Source: a virus
Strand: one strand, 5' to 3'
DNA: 64,000 bases
IMG/VR virus record: IMGVR_UViG_3300037189_005453
Coordinates: 1 to 64,000 of that record
Shown here: in pieces, positions 1-7,556 of the stretch
Layout: each line of letters begins with the position of its first letter
Numbering within the stretch: the stretch's first letter is position 1
Notes under the pieces: generated by a model
What the model saw: only the letters and a program-made list of their open reading frames with translations
Database searches by the model: none
What the model was told of the DNA's origin: nothing
Made by a program: the position numbers and the translations under genes

Positions 1-60
1 CTGATACTTGACTGGCTTGAGGAGGAGTCCTTCTTGAATTCCAGTGCCCAAAATACCCAT
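1..60 (-). CDS. partial hypothetical protein (5' end only)
   Basis: ATG at 60 preceded by GGAAAGAG; MGILGTGIQEGLLLKPSQVS runs off the window. Confidence 0.4.
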   Translation of the reverse strand, partial: MGILGTGIQEGLLLKPVKYQ

Positions 61-136
61 TATTATTCTCTTTCCTAGAGGTTGATTGAAGTCGGATATC
101 CAGCGTACCAAGCTCTGCGGAAAGGGCTTCTAATAA

Positions 137-265
137 CTAGCTTTTTGGGTGAGGTTCTTTTACAAGACGACGCTTCGTTGCGTCAAAAACCCAAACAGCG
201 TGCTTCCATGCTTTGCCATTTGGGCGGTTGTCGTTTCGGTCACCACGCTTTTTAGGTGCAGCCAT
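137..265 (-). CDS. small basic hypothetical protein (42 aa)
   Basis: Hand-translated MAAPKKRGDRNDNRPNGKAWKHAVWVFDATKRRLVKEPHPKS; TAATG overlap with upstream gene. Confidence 0.55.
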   Translation of the reverse strand: MAAPKKRGDRNDNRPNGKAWKHAVWVFDATKRRLVKEPHPKS

Positions 266-444
266 TATTCTTCTTCTCCAAATTTATTGATCTGATTTGC
301 CAAGTTATCTAGGGCACCTGGTGTCTCTAGTATAACTTCAATAAGGGTTGGCAACAGCTTCTGCAGCTCTAAAGCTCGAGGATAAGTCATTAGCTTATAA
401 CGTGATTCTAGAATGTGCGCTGCATCTTCTCGCGTAGTATTCAC
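265..444 (-). CDS. hypothetical protein
   Basis: ORF 265..501, likely GTG start at 444 overlapping the upstream stop, GGGAG RBS. Confidence 0.6.
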   Translation of the reverse strand: MNTTREDAAHILESRYKLMTYPRALELQKLLPTLIEVILETPGALDNLANQINKFGEEE

Positions 445-674
445 TTCTGCTCTCCCTTGATAAGCGCAACAACTGACTCGATGGGGTTGTCGTAGTCCCA
501 TCCGCGCGGGTAATCGGTAATGCTTTCGAGTAGCGCGATAATGCGTTCACGCTCCAACAAAGCCCCGTACTCAATACGGCGGTGACAAGACGGGTGCTCG
601 TACTTTCCAAATATAGGCTCAGACAACAAGAACCCTGGGTTCTCACAATACGTACACGTAATCTCTGCGTCCAT
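441..674 (-). CDS. hypothetical protein (CxxC; G-x3-ERxRII motif)
   Basis: AAGGAG RBS; 77 aa ORF. Confidence 0.7.
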   Translation of the reverse strand: MDAEITCTYCENPGFLLSEPIFGKYEHPSCHRRIEYGALLERERIIALLESITDYPRGWDYDNPIESVVALIKGEQK

Positions 675-697
675 TTTATTCTCCTTCTTGTTATTTG

Positions 698-782
698 CGG
701 TTTAGGTAAGATTCGAACTCACGGTAGCTTTCACTACAACAGTTTTCAAGACTGCCACCTTCGGCCACTCGGTCACTAAACC
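698..782 (-). tRNA. tRNA-Ser(TGA)
   Basis: Acceptor GGTTTAG/CTAAACC, anticodon loop CTTGAAA, long variable arm GTAG-TGAAAG-CTAC, GTTCGAATC T-loop, discriminator G; followed by CAA so CCA is not encoded. Confidence 0.93.
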
Positions 783-825
783 TGGTAACTACACCAGTGC
801 GTTTACATACATGGGTGTAGCTCCG

Positions 826-905
826 TGGATCTGCTCAGAATCGAACTGAGGTCTTACAGCGCTCCCTCTCGGGCTTTCACTGCAATCGAAACCATTCTCA
901 GACCC
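826..905 (-). ncRNA. minimal tmRNA-like RNA (tRNA-like domain only, no tag reading frame)
   Basis: GGGTCTG/CAGATCC-A acceptor with G3.U70 and A73; tmRNA-type D-loop TGGTTTCGA; GAC-CTCAG-TTCGATT-CTGAG T-arm; only about 32 nt between D-loop and T-arm. Confidence 0.8.
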
Positions 906-910
906 TAGAT

Positions 911-951
911 GCTGGGCAGAGGCAGAAAGGAGGGAAAGACCTCTGCCCAGC
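911..951 (-). other. 12-bp hairpin with anti-Shine-Dalgarno-like loop
   Basis: GCTGGGCAGAGG/CCTCTGCCCAGC stem; minus-strand loop TCTTTCCCTCCTTTCTG. Confidence 0.7.
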
Positions 952-972
952 TACTTTTATACTACACGGTTG

Positions 973-1500
973 TTACTGAATGTCAATCTTCTTTGGCAGC
1001 AAAGCCTCGGGGATTTCATTCTTGCATACAACCATGAGTACGCCGTCCTCCATAGTAGCCTGCTTTACTTCAACATACTCCGAGAGTGCGAAGTTCAGCT
1101 TAAAGGCGCGCTTGGCGATGCCCTGATAAAGAACCTCGGTACCAGACTTCTTGATCTGATTCTCCGTAGGAATCTTCGCATCTGCGGCGGTGGCGATGGT
1201 AAGCGTCTGATCTACGACGCTGATCTCGATCTCATCCTTCTTGAAACCAGCCAGGGCCACGTCGATCATGTACGTGTTACCGTGCTTAGTAACGTTGTAC
1301 GGAGGGTACGACGGAGCTTTGCTGTCCGTGAGGGACTTGAGAGTAGCGAACACTGGATCGAACCCAATTGACCAACGGTCAAGATTGGGGAACAGTGTGT
1401 CGATGGTGGGTTTGGGTGGGGTGTCGTTCTTCCACTTTTTGATCTCATCCTCTTTGCGACGGGGTGGGAACTGGTCGTGGGGGTTGACAATGTAATTCAT
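973..1500 (-). CDS. hsp20: small heat shock protein (Hsp20/IbpA family)
   Basis: SYPPYNV, ALAGF, YQGIAKRAF, MEDGVL, PKKI alpha-crystallin motifs; AAGGAG RBS. Confidence 0.95.
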   Translation of the reverse strand: MNYIVNPHDQFPPRRKEDEIKKWKNDTPPKPTIDTLFPNLDRWSIGFDPVFATLKSLTDSKAPSYPPYNVTKHGNTYMIDVALAGFKKDEIEISVVDQTLTIATAADAKIPTENQIKKSGTEVLYQGIAKRAFKLNFALSEYVEVKQATMEDGVLMVVCKNEIPEALLPKKIDIQ

Positions 1501-1565
1501 ATCTTCTCCTTAAAGCAAGATAGTTCTTTTTAAGCGCCCGTTTGGCACGCTCTAAGGAGATTGTA
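1501..1565 (-). promoter_or_regulatory. hsp20 promoter (-10 TACAAT) and ROSE-like thermometer 5' UTR
   Basis: TACAAT at 1565-1560; hairpin AGCGTGCC-AAAC-GGGCGCT; UUGCU placed to pair with the AGGA SD. Confidence 0.55.
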
Positions 1566-1570
1566 TCAGA

Positions 1571-1891
1571 TTAGTCTAGGTTGCCGTAGTAACGAGGAGC
1601 AGGATTATTTGGCATATCAAACAGCGTGGGGTGAGAGTCTTTCTTCTGCTGTGCAAGACTTACGTTACTATTTGCAGTGGGTTCAGTGGCGGGAGCCTGT
1701 GCGGGCTTAGGGTACCCCTTAAACGGATGAGGAGAATCCTCGTACGGGATCTCCATGTGCTGCACGATTGCTGCACGAAGGGGAAATAGGCCCTTATCTG
1801 GGATATTTTCAAACTTTTGCCCACGCTGGCACGTAGAGCAGTTGTGCTTTTTTACCCAACTTATAAAGTCAGGGTGACGGATAGCAGCCAC
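1571..1891 (-). CDS. hypothetical protein
   Basis: 106 aa ORF, CSTC, coupled to upstream gene. Confidence 0.65.
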   Translation of the reverse strand: MAAIRHPDFISWVKKHNCSTCQRGQKFENIPDKGLFPLRAAIVQHMEIPYEDSPHPFKGYPKPAQAPATEPTANSNVSLAQQKKDSHPTLFDMPNNPAPRYYGNLD

Positions 1892-2079
1892 TACTTATCC
1901 ATGGGCTTCCAGGTGGAGCGGCGACCCTTCTCGGTCTTAGGGGCTGGCTGAGGAGCCCGAGCTGCTACAAAGGTACTGCGACGTCCTTTAACCTGCTTAG
2001 GGGCTTTAGGAGCCTGTTTAGCCATGATTCCTTTGATCTGGGCAATACGCCAGTCTTTTGAGGTGTCGTCTCTGTCCAT
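1891..2079 (-). CDS. basic hypothetical protein with duplicated KGRRST motif
   Basis: 62 aa ORF, TAATG coupling. Confidence 0.65.
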   Translation of the reverse strand: MDRDDTSKDWRIAQIKGIMAKQAPKAPKQVKGRRSTFVAARAPQPAPKTEKGRRSTWKPMDK

Positions 2080-2240
2080 TAGGAATTCTGTTCCTTATCA
2101 TTGAGGTCAATAATGACCAGCTTCTCAGGGCCTGCGCCCAGATAAATCCATTCTACGGCAGACCAACCTTGCTCCTCAGCATAAGCCTCAGCGATCAAGT
2201 GGTTTGCTCCTTTAAGGATGTATCTATTACTACCTACCAT
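2079..2240 (-). CDS. hypothetical protein (53 aa)
   Basis: Hand-translated MVGSNRYILKGANHLIAEAYAEEQGWSAVEW...; AAGGA RBS. Confidence 0.55.
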   Translation of the reverse strand: MVGSNRYILKGANHLIAEAYAEEQGWSAVEWIYLGAGPEKLVIIDLNDKEQNS

Positions 2241-2477
2241 GGTTATCCTTAATTCGCCCCTGCTTCTTCGGCTGCGAGCCTACGCCTGGTTAATTCCGCA
2301 GACACTGCCACCCAGTCGATCTTCCCATCGAAGATAAACTTACTGGTGTCAATAGGTTCGTCCATAAATCTAGTCTGCCAGACGGGGAAGATTTTTTTGC
2401 CCTAAGGCGCAACGCGCCCTCGACGGGGAAACTTTTTCTACCCTCTCAGCGGCCGTAGGATCGATTTTACGGGACTT

Positions 2478-3017
2478 TTATCCTAGGAGGCGACGTGTTA
2501 CCTTGGGAACGCCTTGAGCTTGGTACATCGTCACCAAACGCTCGGCGGGTGTGCGGCCAAGAATAGACTGAACGTTCAAAGCGTGGTTAACGGCAAACTC
2601 GGTGTCGTGGCCTTCTTTCAGGCCCTCAGGACGAAGTTGGCGTCCCAGACGCTCGAGCATGTGTGTGGCCTCGTGAGTGACTGTGCCTACATTCAGGCGC
2701 TCAGGTCGTACAACAAGGACACCATTTGCAGCCATACCAGCGTGCATGGTGTCGGGCCACTCTTCTCGCTCACCTGTTGTGGGGTTAATGCGGCCATGGA
2801 GACGAGGAGTGTACTCTCGGACTGTTCTCTTGTTTAAGGACTTACGGAGATCGTGGATGCCATAGTAGTCATCGTTATCTGGGTGATTGATGATCTCACC
2901 TACTAGATCACGTGCACCGCCCATGCTGATTGTCTTGGCAGCTTCGGGGTTAGTCTCTCGCCACAGTCGCTCAGCCTTGTAGAGGCGGCGAAGGTGTTCT
3001 TCCATGTGGGGTTCCAT
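2478..3017 (-). CDS. putative zinc metallopeptidase-like protein
   Basis: HEATH (HExxH) followed by GHDTEF, a SprT/WLM-like arrangement. Confidence 0.6.
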   Translation of the reverse strand: MEPHMEEHLRRLYKAERLWRETNPEAAKTISMGGARDLVGEIINHPDNDDYYGIHDLRKSLNKRTVREYTPRLHGRINPTTGEREEWPDTMHAGMAANGVLVVRPERLNVGTVTHEATHMLERLGRQLRPEGLKEGHDTEFAVNHALNVQSILGRTPAERLVTMYQAQGVPKVTRRLLG

Positions 3018-3269
3018 TTAGCGTCCAATCAGCTTCTTGAAAAACTGCTTACGGTTAAGAGTCTTCTGCATGTGCTCAGAAAGGACCTCGTCCTTAATGG
3101 AGCGGCCATCGTGAGGATGCGCCTCGTGGTGTTCGTCGAGATCGGTCCCGTACTGGAGATTGTCCTCGTGCGAGTGGTGCTCGCTGTATGGGGCGTGGGC
3201 CCAGCCATCGCCTGCTGCAACAACCTCGGTTTTGCAGGATGCGCACTTTGCTGGTTCAAGAATAGTCAT
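3018..3269 (-). CDS. hypothetical protein, paralog of 3308..3754
   Basis: PAKCASC...GWAHA...PHDGRS; probably leaderless. Confidence 0.7.
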   Translation of the reverse strand: MTILEPAKCASCKTEVVAAGDGWAHAPYSEHHSHEDNLQYGTDLDEHHEAHPHDGRSIKDEVLSEHMQKTLNRKQFFKKLIGR

Positions 3270-3307
3270 AGATCAAGTTTCCCACATCTGCAGGGGCGTT
3301 TTAAGGC

Positions 3308-3754
3308 TTAGTTGCCCCTGTTGGGGGGACCGTAGGTGTTTGGGCGTTTTTTAAAAGGTTTGAACTGGTGGCCAAGGTTACCCCTGTCGTCCAGATCTGG
3401 ACGACCAAGAATCTCGTTGTACTTTAGCTGAGGGTTCATAACCATGCTAGATCCGTACTTCTCGTAGGCGTTTAGATCCATGGCGGCGAGGTGTTGCTCT
3501 ACAGACCGACCGTCTCGAGGCGATGGCTCGTGATCCTCGTCAGCTTCCTGATCTTCAATGTCAGCTTTATTGTGACGAGCAATAAGCTCTTCTTTGGATA
3601 CTTTCTCTCCTGGAGCAACAATGTCTGGGGTGGCATGAGCGTGTGTCCATCCTGAAGGGTACTCCAGGTCACCTGAGAATGCGTGGATGTTTCGTCCACA
3701 AGAAGCACAGCGTGCTGGACCAAGGGCACCGTTGGAATTAAACTCTAAAGCCAT
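3308..3754 (-). CDS. hypothetical protein, paralog of 3018..3269
   Basis: PARCASC...GWTHA...PRDGRS; probably leaderless. Confidence 0.7.
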   Translation of the reverse strand: MALEFNSNGALGPARCASCGRNIHAFSGDLEYPSGWTHAHATPDIVAPGEKVSKEELIARHNKADIEDQEADEDHEPSPRDGRSVEQHLAAMDLNAYEKYGSSMVMNPQLKYNEILGRPDLDDRGNLGHQFKPFKKRPNTYGPPNRGN

Positions 3755-3785
3755 ATAACTAGTGTGACATATCTGCAGGGGCGTT

Positions 3786-4028
3786 TTACTGCTTATCTTT
3801 TACAGCAGCTTTACGGAATGCTTCTTCGATCTCTTTGTCTGAGAGCTTACCGTCGTAGATGTAGCCTCGAGCAAACTCTTCGATAACGTTTGCTACTCCG
3901 AGGATTCCAGCCATGATGGCAGTTTGCCAAGTGGGAACATCCACTACAGCTCCAGCGCCAATAACAGAGAGCACGGAGAGAGCAAACACGGCAACAATAC
4001 GACCGACTACGTCAGTGATCTTCTTCAT
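3786..4028 (-). CDS. small two-TM membrane protein (holin-like topology)
   Basis: Two hydrophobic helices, charged C-tail, AAGGAG RBS. Confidence 0.6.
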   Translation of the reverse strand: MKKITDVVGRIVAVFALSVLSVIGAGAVVDVPTWQTAIMAGILGVANVIEEFARGYIYDGKLSDKEIEEAFRKAAVKDKQ

Positions 4029-4124
4029 GGGGGCTCCTTTAGTCTAAGTGCTCCCAATGCCCTCGTGCCGCGTTTGTTCTTCTGTACTATTGTGCCAGAC
4101 TGGCAGGGGCGTTTTTAGGTTAAC

Positions 4125-4153
4125 TTGACAACCATATTTCTGGTGGATAGGAT
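4125..4153 (+). promoter_or_regulatory. near-consensus sigma70/SigA promoter
   Basis: TTGACA-17 nt-TAGGAT upstream of the methyltransferase. Confidence 0.75.
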
Positions 4154-4193
4154 CTAAAGGCGCGTTAAGCGCATAAGACACGAAAGAGATTAG

Positions 4194-4625
4194 ATGATCG
4201 TCAGTAAAGCATTACTCACTAGTAAGACAGAAGATTGGGCAACCCCCGATGTGCTGTTTGCTGAGTTGGATGCTGAGTTTAGCTTCACTTTAGATGTGTG
4301 TGCTGACAAGACCAATAATAAGACCCCCGCGTTTTTTGATAAAGAAACTGATGGACTATCCCAGCCTTGGACTGGAGTGTGCTTTATGAATCCCCCGTAC
4401 GGCCGCACCATAGGCTTGTGGGTCAAGAAAGCGTATGAGTCCAGCCTCGAGGGGGCTACTGTAGTCTGCCTAGTTCCTTCGCGCACCGATACGGCATGGT
4501 GGCATGACTACGCCATGAAGGGTGAGCTTCGTTTTATCCGCCGACGTTTGAAGTTTGTTGGCAGTGATGGCGTTCGTCGTGAAGCGCCCTTTCCTTCGGC
4601 CATCGTGATCTTTCGGCCCATTTAG
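4194..4625 (+). CDS. phage DNA N6-adenine methyltransferase (Dam-like)
   Basis: DWATP, FTLDVCA, catalytic NPPY, VPSRTDTAWW, PFPSAIVIF. Confidence 0.93.
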   Translation: MIVSKALLTSKTEDWATPDVLFAELDAEFSFTLDVCADKTNNKTPAFFDKETDGLSQPWTGVCFMNPPYGRTIGLWVKKAYESSLEGATVVCLVPSRTDTAWWHDYAMKGELRFIRRRLKFVGSDGVRREAPFPSAIVIFRPI

Positions 4626-4739
4626 GCTACTGCCTCAATTGAAAAAGGCTCAACCGTGTGTCTCACCTGGGCGCTATGCTGCTTGCTGTACCTGACGAAT
4701 ACCCCCTAACGGCGTGAGAGACTTTAGGTAATGAGTCGC

Positions 4740-5275
4740 CCTGCCCCACGCCTAGCGCGTGGGGGCGCGTAGCGTGTGAGTGAAAACTGACTAGCGTGGC
4801 TTATGAATGTGGGAAGTGTGAAAAGCGCGTGTGTCGCTATCGCGCGAATGACTGATAACCATTCGCGCCAACGGCGGTCAAACACACCCGCCGATCGCAC
4901 TACACACTTAGTAACCGTGGCGTGGCTATATGACTATCAACCATATGACTGCTATGCCCGAGGGTGTCACGGCGAACAGTGTGATAACCACACCTAACCT
5001 AACCAACTGTGTGTGGGTAACACACAGGCTAGGGGGAGGGTGAGCAATCATCTTCCCCCTAGCCATCTAACCAATCGCTTGGTGACGGTGTCGCGGGCAA
5101 TCCCCCCTTCTGCCCGTGGCACCTTCACCAGTTGTTGGTGAACAACTGGCTGTGTCTAGCGAACGCTAGGCGCACTACCCACACACGCTAAGGTGCGGAA
5201 CAACTGGTGCCAGTAATTGGAATTGACCACGATGCCGCAAGGTTTGGCACGAACCGCCACGCATCTTAGCCCTTA
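4740..5275 (+). ncRNA. highly structured non-coding region or leader (about 10 consecutive hairpins)
   Basis: Back-to-back stems with G.U pairs readable on the + strand; no convincing ORF. Confidence 0.5.
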
Positions 5276-5295
5276 CGCTCTGAAAGGAGCACGTT

Positions 5296-5925
5296 ATGTC
5301 CGCTACCACGGGTAACGAAGGAATGTTCGACGCAGCACAGCTTGCCACCATGTTGGCAAGTCTGTCGCCTGAGCAGCAGGCTGAGGTCGCTGCGCAGCTG
5401 CCTGAGGACGAGAGGAAGAAGTTCCTCCTGCCCACAACGCAGGCTGCGAAGCCGAAGCTTCCGCTCGATGCCATCATCGAGGTCAACAGTGTCGAGGGAT
5501 CGACCTTGCGCCTTACGGTGCAGGACGCTCTCTCGATGCAGCACCTCCTGGGCAAGATCAGCCCTTGGTTCTACCTCACTCCCGAGCAGAAAGACGTTCA
5601 CGCCCTTCTGCGAGACGAGTACGCCAAGGGTGTTGCTGGTCAGCCGTTCAAGCTCTGCGACGACATGTCGCTGACTGAAGATCAGGTCAAGGCACTGCCT
5701 ATCCAGGCAGGACTCGACTCGAAGATGTTCAAGCGTCTCTACCCGACCAACTGGTCGCGTCAGTACTCGCTGCGACACGGCAACCAGAAGATGTCCAAGA
5801 GCAGCACCTTCGACATCATGCTGGAGCTGTTGGTGCAGCTGCGTAACGCTGGTTACACGTACATCAATAACCGTGGTGAAGAGGTTCTCGACCTCGGATC
5901 CATCGGTTACGGTGCCAACGAGTAG
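5296..5925 (+). CDS. hypothetical protein (first gene of the early-type cassette)
   Basis: GAAAGGAG RBS, 209 aa, GC3-rich codons. Confidence 0.85.
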   Translation: MSATTGNEGMFDAAQLATMLASLSPEQQAEVAAQLPEDERKKFLLPTTQAAKPKLPLDAIIEVNSVEGSTLRLTVQDALSMQHLLGKISPWFYLTPEQKDVHALLRDEYAKGVAGQPFKLCDDMSLTEDQVKALPIQAGLDSKMFKRLYPTNWSRQYSLRHGNQKMSKSSTFDIMLELLVQLRNAGYTYINNRGEEVLDLGSIGYGANE

Positions 5926-6026
5926 TTAGCCCTTAGGGTCTAGGGGTAAGGTGGCCAACACAAACACCTTATCCCTAGGCCCACTAGGGTTCACTAAGAC
6001 CCTATCCCACACAGTGAAAGGTAAGG

Positions 6027-6296
6027 ATGATGGAAGTAGACTGGTACGTCGATTACTCAGAGTGCGATACTTGCGGTGGCAACACAGACCGAGTATTCCT
6101 AAGGGACTTGGGACTAAACGGCTGGGAGTTAGCCTTTAATTGGGGCTGCTACAGCACCGCCGTCGCAATGACTAAGCCCTCTGTGCAAATCTCAGAGCGG
6201 GGTGACTACATAGAGTGGGATGACGCTATGGCTAAGGCTAAGGGGATGCTAGGTTCTAAGGACTTTGCCCGTCTCGAGATGCTAATCGCGTCCTAA
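6027..6296 (+). CDS. hypothetical protein (CDTC)
   Basis: GAAAGGTAAGG RBS. Confidence 0.75.
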   Translation: MMEVDWYVDYSECDTCGGNTDRVFLRDLGLNGWELAFNWGCYSTAVAMTKPSVQISERGDYIEWDDAMAKAKGMLGSKDFARLEMLIAS

Positions 6297-6755
6297 CACT
6301 ACCGCTAAGGTAGTAGATCGCTTACAGGTAAGCCTGTAGGCCTTCTAGTGTCTTAGACTAAGGCATTACCCACACAGTAGGAGGCTAAGCCCTAGGCCGC
6401 GAGAGCATCGCAGGCTAAGGGGTAAGCCGTAGGCCCATAGTTGTTTGTGTTGGACGGCTTACGGGTTACGGCGCAAAGAGCGTCGGGCTTAGTTATTACG
6501 GCTAAGGCGGCATATGACCGCGTGGTAAGCCAGTCAGTGTGGCAGGGTAAGCCTTAAAACGCCCCTGCGAGCGCGGTAAGCCCTTACAGATAGCCGTTTG
6601 GGCTACTGTGTCACCGTGGCTAAGGCGTAAGCGTTGGTGCGCCCAGGTCACAGCACTACCCCCCTTATTGTTACCAGGTAGCAGTGGGTTATCCCTTATC
6701 CCCCGAGGGATAGCCCTCTGGTGCTTGTTAGCACTAACACCCACACAGAAAGGTA

Positions 6756-6989
6756 ATGACTATGTTTTTAGTCGTTGAATACCACCCAGATATGCCCGTG
6801 GTAAGGGGTTGGTCTCTCTACAAGGAGTTGGAGAACGCTAACCGTAAAGCCGATTACTTAAAGGCTTGGTTACCCCCTGAGTGCCACGAAGATGTCAAGG
6901 TTATCCCTATCCAAGTAGAAGATGACCCTGACCCTATGGCTAACTGGACAGTGGAACTCATAAAGAGCTTAAAGTTCAAAGAAGTCTAA
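6756..6989 (+). CDS. hypothetical protein
   Basis: GAAAGG RBS. Confidence 0.7.
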   Translation: MTMFLVVEYHPDMPVVRGWSLYKELENANRKADYLKAWLPPECHEDVKVIPIQVEDDPDPMANWTVELIKSLKFKEV

Positions 6990-7325
6990 GTCTCTAGGTT
7001 AGGCATAGGTAGTTCTCTCTCTTATGTTCTATCTATGTCTTTCCTTGTCTCTTAGAAGCCCGACTTAGGGTAGAGGGGGGCAAGCCCCCCTAAGACCCCC
7101 CAACTACAGGGGCGATCTAAGGGCAACCCGAGAGGCCTTGGGTGGGAGCGAAGCCGTAGGGTAAGACCTACGGTATGACTCCTAAGCAGGTCATACGATA
7201 TAAGCCCAAGCTTGGGGGTAGGTATGACAGAAGCACGTTTAGGACGCGTCTGAACGAAGAATTAACGTGTTATGCGAAGCCTATCCCCAGGTGTAAGCAC
7301 TAACCCACACAGAAAGGAAAGCCTT

Positions 7326-7556
7326 ATGTCTAATCGACGTAAGCACTTCAACAAGGCTGTCGAAGATAGCCTTAGGGCGGTACAGGAAGCCAATCAGGGT
7401 GTTGTCTACAGTGACAACGGCCCTACGGTTGCCTTTACCTCAAGCACTCCTGTTACCAAGAAGAAGGATAAGGGTGCTACTGAATTGCGTCTTAACTCTC
7501 AGAGTCGAGCCGCAATCAAGAAGTTCAACCGTATGTACAAGAACGGTGGCAAATAA
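7326..7556 (+). CDS. small basic hypothetical protein
   Basis: Start MSNRRKH after GAAAGGA RBS. Confidence 0.75.
   Translation: MSNRRKHFNKAVEDSLRAVQEANQGVVYSDNGPTVAFTSSTPVTKKKDKGATELRLNSQSRAAIKKFNRMYKNGGK

Noticed and set aside
826-905. Ordinary tRNA-Ala or full-length tmRNA
   Set aside because: No D-stem or 7-nt anticodon loop, and no room for a tag reading frame
4803-4997. ORFs 4803..4997, 6502..6744 and 7770..7985 as proteins
   Set aside because: No RBS, atypical composition, and they overlap strongly structured non-coding DNA
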